NCBI GenBank assembly: GCA_009602725.1
Contig: WELB01000017.1
Span: 160,426-183,954 of the forward strand
Source of the DNA: Spirogloea muscicola
Lineage: Eukaryota
Length of the DNA stretch: 23,529 bases
Direction: 5' to 3'
Shown: one piece after another, positions 9,725-23,529 of the stretch
How the letters are laid out: the number at the start of each line of letters is the position of its first letter
Position numbering within the stretch: the first letter of the stretch is position 1
Program-made: the position numbers and the translations under genes
The notes under the pieces: generated by a model
Databases searched by the model: none
What the model saw: the letters and a program-made list of their open reading frames with translations, nothing else
Told to the model about the DNA's origin: nothing

Positions 9725-10608
9725 GGCGGGCGGCTGGGCCCGGGGTTCGGCTACGGCCTCGGCTGCGGCGCGGGCGCCGGCGCCGGCGTCGTGGGCGGTG
9801 AGACACCGCCCCGCCGCCGCCGCCGCGGAGCACTTCAGGGCTTGGGGCTTAAGGCTTAGGACTACTAAAGACGCGGTCGTGGGTTCGAGCAGGCCTGGGC
9901 CTGGGGTTCGGCTTCCCGAGCCTGCAGGTCGGCATGGGCCTGGGCGCCGGGTGCGGCGTCGGCATCGGCTTCGGCTACGGCCTCGGCCGCGGCAAGGCCT
10001 TCGACCAGCACGGCACCCACAGCAACCTCGGGCCCGCCGCCGAGCCGCCCCACTCGTCGCGCCGCCCGCTGCCGTCCAGGAGCGGGCGCTCCAGGAGCGG
10101 GTGAGTGGCGCGCTGCCCCTCCTCTCCCTCAGCTGCTGGGAGCTCCGCAGACCCACTTCGTGCGTGACAACTTGGAAGGATTATGTCACAGTAACTCCTT
10201 CACCCACTGTAGCTTATGTCCTCCGAAACTCCCGTTCTTTTCTGGGCCCTTGTAAGATTTTCATGGAGAGAAAAGGCGCGTGGTGCGTAGTAAGATGAAA
10301 GGGTGGCCAGTATTAGCCAATACACTGTTCAGGCAAAAGCTAGTGCCAAAAGTGGGGCAACAAGAGAGAGATGAAGACTGAGTTTCAAGTGGGACTTTGG
10401 TTGAGTCCTGCCAATGTGTCACAGCAACATGCATGCGACTCACAATGCATCCAAGCAAGATGCCGCTACTGACGAGGCATCCAAGCCTCTTTCCATCCCT
10501 CCTGTGCCTCGCAGAGGCCGCACGGATGTGCGCGCGGCGTTCCACGAAATCCTTGACGACTTCTACCGTGCATTCGACACTAATCTCGGGAGGGGCAAAC
10601 GGCGATGA
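9725..10608 (+). CDS. Small glycine-rich protein, At4g10330-like family; exons <=9725-9797, 9893-10100, 10515-10608; start obscured by the N at 9722
   Basis: Spliced GGRLGPGFGYGLGCGAGAGAGVVGGLGLGFGFPSLQVGMGLGAGCGVGIGFGYGLGRGKAFDQHGTHSNLG...GRTDVRAAFHEILDDFYRAFDTNLGRGKRR* matches the plant GPxFGxGxGCG...GAGCGxGxGFGYGxGRG pattern (recalled, not searched). GT-AG introns in phases 1 and 2 fit. Confidence 0.78.
10266..10352 (+). repeat. Fourth copy of the dispersed module, inside intron 2 of the Gly-rich gene
   Basis: gagagaaaaggcgcgtggtgcg..gatgaaagggtggcca..agccaatacactgttcaggca matches 16596-16684 and 7701-7779. Confidence 0.75.
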
Positions 10609-10835
10609 CTGGCATCTCGCCTAGCGCCCCATGCTATGGGCGCGCCGCCTCAGAGCTTCGGATCTCCGGCTGGGAGCTGTGCCATCGTGAAGGCTGAGCC
10701 AGACCAGAGCGCATGGTGTTGATCATCCCAGAGTCCCTCTGAAACCGCTGCATGCGAGTTGGGCACAAGCTCTTTGTCATTCTGGTTTCGAATTGCCGCA
10801 ACCGGGCCGGCGCAGAAACAAGGTGTACATTGCTG

Positions 10836-14419
<3,584 letters not shown>

Positions 14420-16205
14420 GCGGCGGCGGAGGCAGAGCCGGCGGCCGCGGCGGCGGGTGCGGCGGCAGCGGCCGCCGCCTTCTCCGACACCGTCGAGCAC
14501 GTCACGGACTTCGAGATCTGGGCGAGCGCCGCCGGCGGGGCGTCCGCCCGGCCCGACCGCCGCGCCGTCCTGGTCCTGCTCAACCACGAGCTGCCGCCGT
14601 ACGCGCCGCTGCTGTGGGAGCAGGGTAGGCACGTCCCCCGCCGCCGCGCCTTTGCCCGTCCATAGAGCCTATTGCACCGCCATCAAGGTGATGTGGTGCT
14701 CCGTGCGGCACATATAGCTAATGCGTATGGACTTTCCAATGAACATTCTTTGCTTGACAAGTATAAGATCGATATGCTTGACAAGTACAAGAGTCGACAC
14801 GGCACTCTTCTGGCAGCACAGATTCTTCTGGCTATCTTGGTGTGAAAGATGGTCAAGAATAAGTCTATGATGTGCTGTGCTACGACGAGCTCCTAGAGCA
14901 TGCCGCTCACTGGCTCAGCGGCTGTGCCCGTGTCCCGCCCCTGGCCCTGCAGCAGCGCTGCTGCGGATGTGCGCGGACGGCGGGGCCAACCGGCTGTACG
15001 ACGAATTCCCGGGCCTGCACCCGGGCGACGACCCGCAGGCTGTCCGGCAGAGGCATGGCCCTGGCAGCCCCTGGACACACAGCCAAAACGCTATCCCTTG
15101 TGAAGCCCCAACACCCGACCCTGGAGCTTAAGCTCCAAGCCACGGAACCCGAATCTGCGGCCTCCTCCCTCCCCTCACGTCTCTCTCCTCAGCAAGCGGC
15201 TGTGCTGCTGCGCCTGCGTGACGCCACGCTACCGCTGCTGCGGCCCAGGACACCAGGTACATCCCAGATGTGCTCGTTGGTGACATGGACTCCGTGCGGC
15301 CCAACGTCGCCGAATTCTATCAAAGCCGGGTAGGTGCGAGCATCGGCGCCAGCCCTCGTGATTTAGCGCTGGTCAAGTGGCAGCTAGCCATCTGACACAG
15401 GGCTGGCTTCTCTCTCACCGGCCACAATGACGGCGCGCCTCAGGGCACGACGCTGGTGGATGGCTCGCACGATCAAGACACTACGGACCTGCACAAGTGC
15501 CTCGACTTTGTGGTCCAGAGCACTGCTGCCGATGAACTCGCTAAGGTGGGCTGCAGCAGCAATGCTGTTTATGCCTGCATCCATTGCCAGCTTGCTAGGG
15601 AGACCGGTTCATTAGTGTGCAGTCAGTAAGAGGCCAGGATTTACGCAGTAGTAATTGTAGGAAATTCTTCTGCAGCCGGTTGATCTATGTGTTGAGTTGG
15701 GTGCAGCTGAAGGTGCTGGTGGTGGGTGCACTCGGAGGTCGGCTCGACCACGAGCTCGGCAACCTGCATGTGCTGTACTGCTTTGCTGGCCTGCGTGTCA
15801 TCCTGCTTGGCGCTGCAAGCCTGGCACTGCTGCTGCGCCGCGGCGTGCGGCACGTCATCCGGCCGCAGCGCGCCTGGGAGGGCCCGCACTGCGGCCTCTT
15901 GCCACTCGGCTGCCCCTCAGCACGCTCCACTACGACCGGCCTCAAGTGGAATCTGGGTTAGTCAATGACCTGCCCCATTCACAGCCACCGATGAGCGAAC
16001 ATATTGGCACTGCCATGAACAGTGAGGTGTAGGCGGCCATCTTACAAATAGCGGCGTCATCTTGCATGCAGAGGATCGGCCCATGTCATTTGGGTCACTG
16101 ATCAGCACGTCAAATGTGCTGGTAGCCGACACTGTCACAGTGGAGTCAGATGTTGAGCTGCTGTGGACAACGTCACTGCGGCCCTGGGACGACGACTGTG
16201 GCTAG
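14420..16205 (+). CDS. TPK1: Thiamine pyrophosphokinase, 5'-partial; exons <=14420-14624, 14956-15052, 15257-15329, 15444-15545, 15707-15956, 16072-16205
   Basis: Motifs LVLLNHELP, CADGGANRLYD, GDMDSVR, HDQDTTDLHKC, GALGGRLDHELGN, EGPHCGLLPLG, TTGLKWNL and MSFGSLISTSN are diagnostic of eukaryotic TPK. Phases are consistent. Confidence 0.95.
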
Positions 16206-16569
16206 TTGCGGTTGACAGCAGCGCTGGCTTAGTGCCACCCCTCATGTCCCACTCACTGTGACTGACACCAGCTGAGGCTGGCTGGACCATCTGGCTGTGC
16301 TGAATGTCAGCGGACACTGAAGAGGCCATGTCAAGTACAGCTTAGCAGATATGTGCTTGTACCAGTGGGTAGTTGCGCAACAGATCATCTCCTTCCTGTG
16401 CTGGGCCCTGAAAGTAGGGCTTCAGGGCCTTGTTTAAACCAATTTCAACCAATTCCATAGCACACGCTGAAGTTGACATCGTCAGCGTACTATATCTTAC
16501 GTTTGGCATGCACGTAAGCACGAAACTAACCTCCATGACTCCTGTGAGTGGGGGCTCTTCCAAAGGGGG

Positions 16570-17032
16570 CGAGGGCTGTGACAAGCCAGCCAAAAGAGAG
16601 AAGGCGCGCGGGGCGCATGAATTGAAAGGGAGGCCAATTCAAGCCAATACATTGTTCAGGCAGAGTCGAGTGCAGCCCAAAAAGATTGGACAAACCAGGC
16701 CGGAAGAAAGGGCTCGCCCATAGAGAAGAGGGGCTGGCAAAGCCAGCCCAAAAAGAGTGGACAATGTCCAAAGCCAGAAAGAAGAAGGGCTCGCCCATTA
16801 AGGATAGGGGCTGGAAAAGCCAGCCCAAAACAGAATGAACAAAGTACGAGAAGGGGGCCAGAAAGAATGAGGTGCCGAAACGGGACTGTACAACAAACCA
16901 CGGCAAGAAGCACACGACGATGCAAAGGGAGGCTCAGTACCCGCGAGTGAGCGACATTAGGCCGGAACAGCTGGCTGCAGGGAACGAGGCATTCCGCCGA
17001 GACCCAGAGGCGGCGGCCACAGCACGGCCTGC
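16570..17032 (-). mobile_element. Dispersed repeat (longest copy of the family) with an internal ~77-bp tandem unit; probable non-autonomous TE relic
   Basis: Contains the module at 16596-16684, the unit gggctcgcccat...ggggctgg.aaagccagcccaaaa at 16710 and 16787, and homology to 9089-9465. Confidence 0.6.
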
Positions 17033-17171
17033 CCGCGTGGACACGGCGTGGGCAAGGAGGGTTGCGTTGAAGCGACACCGCTAGGCGCACCCGCAAGGCG
17101 CTAAATCCACGCTCGGGTGCCGCTGGGGTTCGATCGCCCGACCGCCTGCCCGCCGGCGGCCCTCGCGGTGC

Positions 17172-17260
17172 CACGTGGAGGCTCGCCAGGCGCGGCGGGC
17201 GTGGGGCGCATCGGTGGGGCCCAGGGGTGTCCCACGTGACACTTGCACCAATGGGCGGAG
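17172..17260 (+). promoter_or_regulatory. Putative PP2C promoter elements: G-boxes 17172-17177 and 17233-17238, CCAAT and a GC box
   Basis: Motif matches roughly 180-260 bp upstream of ATG 17436 (distance spans a gap). Confidence 0.35.
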
Positions 17261-17349
17261 GAGGGAGGGAGGGCGGGGGGCGGCCAGCTGGGGAAGTTGC
17301 CCCAGCCCCCGGCAATCATCCCCGCCGCCGCCGCCGCCGCCGCCGCCGC

Positions 17350-17427
17350 NNNNNNNNNNNNNNNNNNNNNNNNNNNNNNNNNNNNNNNNNNNNNNNNNNN
17401 NNNNNNNNNNNNNNNNNNNNNNNNNNN
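17350..17427. other. Assembly gap (78 N) flanked by (GCC)n
   Basis: N run. Confidence 0.99.
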
Positions 17428-17435
17428 CGGCGGCG

Positions 17436-19889
17436 ATGCCGGAGAAGCTGGCGGGGGCGGGGCCGGGCCCGGCGCCGTTCGCGGCCGCCGCCGGCGGGTC
17501 CGGCCCTGTTGTGCGCTTCGCGCAGGTGCAGCGCGAGAAAAAAGGCGAGGACGTCGTCGTCGTCGCCTCCGCCCACCGCCACGGCGACGTCGACTTCTCC
17601 GCCTTCTGCGTGAGCGCCGCCGCTGCCGCCGCCATCGCCCCTGCTGGCTGCTGTAGCGGCTCCGCCGCTCTCAGTCGGTCGTCCATGCCGTCCTGGCAGC
17701 CCCACGACAGGAGTTATGGGCGCGCTGCCGTTACAAGCAGCCTCGACTCCGCCGCTCTCAGTCGGTCGTCCATGCCGTCCTGGCAGCCCCACGACAGGAT
17801 TCATGGGCGCGCTGCTGATACTAGTAGCCTCGCCGTCATGGTCGAGCAATTAGTACCATTCCAATGCTAATGTCGTAACTGGAGAGAATGTCACTCAAAC
17901 TGTTTTGCGGCGGTGTAAGTGATTCCCATCAATGGCGTGTGCTCTGGCGCAGGTCTTGGACGGACACAACGGCACGGAGGCGGCGCTGTACGCCAGGGAC
18001 CAGATGCTCGGCATGGTCCTCGAGGGCCTGCCCTGCGGCGAGGGCGTCAGCGCCTGGCTGCAGCGCCTGCCGGCCGCTATGGCCGAGGGCTTCCTCAAGT
18101 GCCACACCGGCTTCTTCGAGTCGGGTACGACACGGCGGCTACGCCGTGGGCGCCCACAAGATCTTAGCTGCGCATTGTCTTGCTGGCGCTAAGGAGCCGC
18201 CGTTGCCCTGCAGGCGGTGAGCGGTCGGGCACCACGGCGACGATGACCATTGTGGTGGGGTGGGTGGTGACCACCGCCGGCGTCGGCGACTCAGCCGCGA
18301 TCCTGGACACGACGGGCGGGGGCGTCACGGAGCTCACCGTCGACCACCGGTTTGACAACAACCGCGAGGAGTGCATGCGAGTCAAGAACGAGGGCGGCTC
18401 CATCGACCGCCTCAAGACGTTCGAGGGCGAGGAGGTGGGGTCTTGCTTGCTCACACTTGCTTGCGAGGCCCGCAGCGCGCCGCCGCGCTTGGGCTGGTGC
18501 TGACGTCACGGTGTCCGCTGCACGGTGGCAGGTCGGACCGCTGCGGAGCTGGCCAGGCGGCCTCTGCGTGTCTCGCTCAATCGGTGACATGGACTGTGGG
18601 TCGTACATCACACCGCTGCCGCATGTCAAGCAGATCGAGGTGCGCACAGTGCATACCGTGACCCAGACTGAGCCCCGGGTGGGATAGAGGGCGCCGTGGC
18701 AAAGGCTGCAGTAAGTTTGCGCAACATTGACGGCACAGCGGCTGGCGCAGGTCCCCAAGTCCGGTGGACGAATCATCATGGCGTCGGACGGCCTGTGGGA
18801 TGCCATGAAGCCCGAGCGAGCTGCCAAGGCCGTGCGCGGCAAGCCCAGCCACGCTGCCGCGCCGCTGCTCGTCAAGGTGCGGCCGCCACTGGCCGCTGCT
18901 CCCCCCTCTCGCCGCTCGGCTCGTTCATTTGGCCAGGAAGCAGCCGCAGGTCCAGAACATTGCGGCCCTGGACACATGGCTATCACTCGTTGTGGCAGTG
19001 GTCGCACACGAGCAGCCCAAATAATTCGTGCACTCCTTGTGAAGTCACACGACTTGCTCTCCTCAACCGTCTGTTGTGACTGTAGCCATCACTTCTGCAT
19101 GTACTTGACCTAGGGTTCAAACACAGACTTTAGCTGCAGATTATGTTGTCAATCTGTTTGCTACTGCCCAGCCTGACAGTGGGGTGATACAATTGACTTG
19201 ACATTCGACTCAGACATGTTGCTGCATGCCTGCGTCGCCAGGAACCCATCAAGGCGCGGGGCCTGCGGGACGACGTGTCAGTCGTTGTCGTGGACCTGCT
19301 ACCTTCGCATACATTGGGTGATGACCAAGACGCCGCGGCTGTGCACAAGTCCTCCAAGACGAAGAAGGCCAGCTTCTTCTCGCGCCTGCGCTCGTCCCGC
19401 AGGCGACGTGACCAGGAGGAGCCTGCATCGCCGCCCATGTCGACCGATGACCTCCCCAATCTTGTCAATGACCACGACTCCATCAAGGTATCTCTTCAAC
19501 AACATGCAACCTCTTTCTGTTAAGTGTGAGAAATTGTAATAAACCGCTTGTGAATGTTATCATCGGCCAGATTGCAGCAGTAGCTATGTCATAGCAGTCA
19601 GCTGTTGAATGATATGTGGTAATAGGCTCATCATGACATATGTGATTGACGTGCGTGCGGTCCTCAGGGTGGGACGCTGTACCAGCAGTACATCAAGGCC
19701 GGCGGCTCGATCCACGGCGCGCATGGCATCTTCTGCTCCGTCTGCGGCGTCAAGATCTCGGCGGAGACGATTGGCGACGTTTCCATAAGGGCAGGAAATT
19801 ACTACTGCGAAGAGCACGGCGGGGAGGTGGCAGAGGCACCGACGAACGAGGGCTCCCGCAAGCCGCGCAGGGGCCTCTTCTTCGGCTGA
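17436..19889 (+). CDS. Protein phosphatase 2C, plant clade H-like; exons 17436-17609, 17953-18124, 18214-18434, 18532-18639, 18751-18876, 19242-19487, 19668-19889
   Basis: Motifs KKGED, VLDGHNG, SGTTAT, VGDS, LTVDHRF, EVGPLRSWPGGLCVSRSIGD, IMASDGLWD and GLRDDVSVVVVD; six phase-consistent GT-AG introns. The true start could lie in the upstream gap. Confidence 0.93.
17660..17833 (+). repeat. 87-bp tandem duplication in PP2C intron 1
   Basis: Units 17660-17746 and 17747-17833; the first ~53 nt are identical, with about 6 substitutions in the rest. Confidence 0.95.
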
Positions 19890-21854
19890 CAGCCTCGCCT
19901 GGCACACTGGCTCCCTCCTCCCTCTCTCTACTCCTCCCTACCCTCGCTAGCACGGTGGCCTCGTTGCATTGTGCGACGGCAGTCGTGTTGGGCATCCTCC
20001 AGCTTTCGCCCCCTCTCCGGTTTCCCCCCCCCCCCCCCGCGCCCCGGCCCTTCTCTCTCTTTCCCTTTCTCTTGGGCAAATTCTCCCTCTCGCTCCTCAC
20101 CTCACTCCATGCTCGACATGTCCATAAGCTCGTCATTCTCCAGACTGCACATGCAGGAGCAGCAGCTGCTTGCTGAATTACAATCCTGCTGACTTCATTA
20201 TTTATGCCAATCACGTGGACACTTTAGAAAAGGCTCTTCAAGCAGGCAGCTCGCTAGCTCACCGGCGTGCTTACGCATTTTGACGGAGAATTGTGAAGTG
20301 GAATGGATATGGGCACAAATTTACTTTGCTTGCGCTTCAGGCCTATCGCAGACAGGCCGTGCAGTCACTACACACGTCCTGCATGGGGGATGTGGGCATG
20401 GCACTGTAGTGCCATGCCCTCAATGCACGTGCTAAAGCTTAGGTAGAGGTTGTCCAGCACAATGCCGGTGAGTGCCGCCACAGCCGTGGTCGGGCTTTGC
20501 TCAAAGTGTGGAGGTGAGAAGAGTGAATGTAGTGATGTTAATCAGCAATTTGGGCTGGGGAACTACACTCAATTGAGAAAGTATGAAGAAACAGCGGATG
20601 GGCTAGTTAACCATCTGGATTCAGTCAAGTGGGCAGTGGAAGTGCTCCAGTTTCGAAAGTTCAGGAAGAACAACTTCAGTGTGGCAAGCTTGCGGGCTCA
20701 TTGGCGAAAGTCTGCTGAATGCCTCTGGTTGGCGTTTGAGGCCGCCTTAAAGAGAAAAGGGATACAGTGAGAGGGTGGTGGATGCTGGTTGGCAAGAGGG
20801 GCGGGCATTCTGAACGGTTCCTGGCCATTTACCAGGAATTTGTCTAGTTTGTCAGCATGACTACCCCCTTCCAGTAAATCTGCATTCTTGATAGTAATGC
20901 GGAGCTGCTGCGCATGCAGCATGAGACCTCTTATTTCCGCAGAGCATTCTGTTGTAATAAGCCTACCCCGCACTCCAGTTTGTTAGCCAAACTTGCCTAC
21001 AATTGCGGCAAGGCGCCTTCACAGGGGGCCTGTTGACTGGTGCGGTGGAGCCGGCAAGCGCTCATTACCCGGCAGGTCCTGGGCTCGAGGGGTGTCCTCA
21101 GCGTATCTTGCACCTGCTCCATACTTGCTGAGCTATCCTGATGTCATCAAACCTTCGCCTGTGACATTGCATTACGTCTTCAGCACCAACATTATGAGTG
21201 CGGCCAATATATCTGGCTATCGTGCACAATCGAGAATTGTTCTGGGCAGTAGCGCCCCTCTGCAGCGAGCCAAGATTGACAAGGGCAGACCCTCCACCTG
21301 CGTCTACAAAGCCTCAGTCTTGTGCAGCCTCACAGTGGCCAGCAATCTCTGCATTCCTGCTCGTACTGTTGCTTAGCGCGACCCCTGCACTCTGCGCACG
21401 ATCTTGACAAGCTGCCTTGGTGACCTTCCACAGCCTAGCCCTTCCCAGTTGTCAGACCGCAACTGACCTCTTACATATGCTTAATGCAGCTGTTTAAGCA
21501 ATGAAAACATTACTCAGACTTAACGCCACATCATCTTAGCAACAACAATCAACTCAGATTTGTGGCCTTCAGAGTGTACTCTCTTGACCAAAAAAGGATA
21601 TGCAAACTGCCATAGCCAGTACGCATGGGTATTTTATTAAGATTTTAGGCAGCAATCGACAGTGCGCAACATGTTTCTAAGGTCCAGCTTGTCAATACAA
21701 AGGCCTAAGCACAAAAATGCATGATTCCAAGCTTGCAGACGTTGAACGACACTCCTGGACTAAGTCACACAAACAACTCTACCGTGACTTCCAAGGTGAC
21801 AAAGAAAGCCACTGGCATTTGGAAGTTGTAGCTCCCAGCTTGACGTATATGTAT

Positions 21855-22606
21855 CTACCAGAACCACGAATGGTTATAGGCAAGCCTGCACCATGTCTAG
21901 CGCCTGTGCACAAATTTCCGGTAATAAGCAAAGGGGACTTGCAAATCCATGGAAGGGGTTCACATTGCTTGCTAATATGCCCTCGAGTGGGTGCTCCTGA
22001 CCAGCATCCTGTAGCATGCACCCGGAAAATCATCGTCAGGAATGAAACTGCTGAGGACATCTTTGCAGCAAGAGAATGAATAATGTACGACGACCCAGCA
22101 ATTTCTGGCTTTGCACAATTGGTGCTTCTGTGACACAGAAGGCTTGCATTGCAATCTAGTGCAGTGACAAAGACGATGACAAAGACTATATGGAGCAAGA
22201 CCCAAACTCTTGCTAGAAACATGACGAGTAGGGAGAGGCCAACAAAAGTGAGGCCAAACATTACCAGAAAGATGCTATAAGGAAAAAGGAGGCCAGGAAA
22301 GACAGGGCAACAGATGCCTCAGTCTGCAGGCACAAGCTCCAAGTCACACAACAAGCAGGTCAGGAATGACGTGAGCAGCATCACATGCACAACCTCCATA
22401 TGATGCAAATTCTGTGAGAGCTGGTCCTGCAACGTGACCTGACAAGTAACCTGCATTCACTGTCAACAACAAAAGCACCATTGCCAGACCATTCCCTGTA
22501 CGAGGTGCTCTTCCGTGCACCCAATGATGAATTATTCCTCCAGTGCTGAGGACGGAGAACTGTCTGGTTGTGCTTCACAGGTGCTTTATAGCAGGTTGTA
22601 TATGTA

Positions 22607-22647
<41 letters not shown>

Positions 22648-23529
22648 CTTAGGCATATAGGACTTATGATTGGTATGGACAGCTCTCCTGGAAAGGCATC
22701 TTATACGGCATTCAAAATCTCCTGCCCAATCTACCATATAACAAGTTAAGCTCACTTATCCCTCTAAATCACATACACAGAAAAGTCCAACTGCCAGGGG
22801 GATGTGGTCACCTTGGCACAGAAGTTGTGTCCAACGGAGTCACAGTAGCTGATCTTGCCCTTACTGGCTTGCGTGGTCGAAGCCGCGCCCGCGCAAGAAG
22901 CAGCAAAAAGCAGCATCATGAATATCTGCTCCTCGATCAGGACAATGAAGAATAGTACAGAAGAAGTGGTTGTCAGCATCAGTCAACACTAACAAGGCCA
23001 TGAGGACAGGAGCTGGCACTATCTGAAGCCTCAATTTGCAGGTCTCTATAAGGACGTATAGCTTCTGAAGCCGCGTCAAGCTCTGCCTGTTATCCGCAGG
23101 TTGCTGTTGTCTCTGACAGTGATCGCAAGAATGCATGACAAGATGACAAGAAAGGGATCACACGTCATGGTCTTCCCGGCCAGACAGAGCAATCTGACGG
23201 GCTGTCCCAGCTTTGGGAGGGCTGAGCGGGCTCACGTAGTCTCCGCACAGCTGCCAGAAGAGCATCGACGTGCCCCAGTACTTGGAGGAGGCGCAGAGCT
23301 TGCAGAGGGCAGCGGCGCCGACGGCGGCCGTGTAGAGGGAGGTGAGGAAGGCGATGGCGAGCAGGAAGGAGAAGGCGTCGAAGTGGTCGAAGTGGTTGGT
23401 GGCGGCCATGATGATCCAGGCCAGCAGGCTGAGCAGGAACTGGAAGAAGCGGAGGAGGAAGAAGAGGCCGGCGTGCGGCCCGGCGGACGACGACCCGGCG
23501 CCGGCGCCGCCATAGGACGTGGCGGCGCC
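21855..23529 (-). CDS. CASPL: CASP-like (CASPL, DUF588/MARVEL-related) four-TM protein, start outside window; exons >23529-23236, 22925-22812, 22323-22265, tentative last exon 21885-21855
   Basis: FLLRFFQFLLSLLAWIIMA...FDAFSFLLAIAFLTSLY...GDYIFMMLLFAASCAGAAST...C...NFCAKTEASVALSFLASFFLIASF has the conserved R in TM1, D in TM3 and FC before TM4. The C-terminus is either W* at 22261 or spliced WLAYNHSWFW*. Confidence 0.8.
22607..22645 (+). repeat. Compound (TG)5(TA)14 microsatellite in a CASPL intron
   Basis: Read directly. Confidence 0.93.

Noticed and set aside
16258..16317. SECIS-like stem after the TPK stop
   Set aside because: Only ctgaca/tgtcag pairing, no proper AUGA/GA quartet with apical AA, and no in-frame TGA in the gene.
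14625..16560. TPP riboswitch in TPK introns or 3' UTR
   Set aside because: Looked for the GGG..CUGAGA..CCCU..GAACCUGA..AGGGA core on the sense strand and did not find it; an Infernal RF00059 scan would be definitive.
21779..22261. 160-aa hydrophobic - strand ORF
   Set aside because: It begins at the CASPL donor/stop site and lies in its intron or 3' UTR; no recognisable motif.

Overview
Gene-dense, intron-rich eukaryotic nuclear DNA from the green-plant lineage. Plant-like gene families, very GC-rich first exons and mostly 90-450 nt introns suggest a streptophyte alga; this is inference. I built spliced models by hand, checking GT/GC-AG sites and reading phase, for eight genes: the 3' end of a BRE1/HUB2 RING E3 ligase (+), a bacterial-type haloacid dehalogenase type II (+), a DNL/Zim17 zinc-finger chaperone (-), an At4g10330-like Gly-rich protein (+), an aldo-keto reductase with a signal-peptide-like N-terminus (-), a thiamine pyrophosphokinase (+), a clade-H-like PP2C with a C-terminal Cys/His motif (+) and a CASP-like membrane protein (-). 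A ninth, unrecognised gene is tentatively proposed at 5020-6364. Non-coding highlights are a ~670 bp imperfect fold-back hairpin (6520-7195) with a 22-bp perfect duplex next to its loop, a modular dispersed-repeat family with at least 5 copies in both orientations, and degenerate telomere-like tracts in introns. Four of about 30 modelled introns need a GC donor, all phase 2 after an exonic AG. Assembly gaps and a 122-nt poly-A hide several gene starts. No database searches were run.
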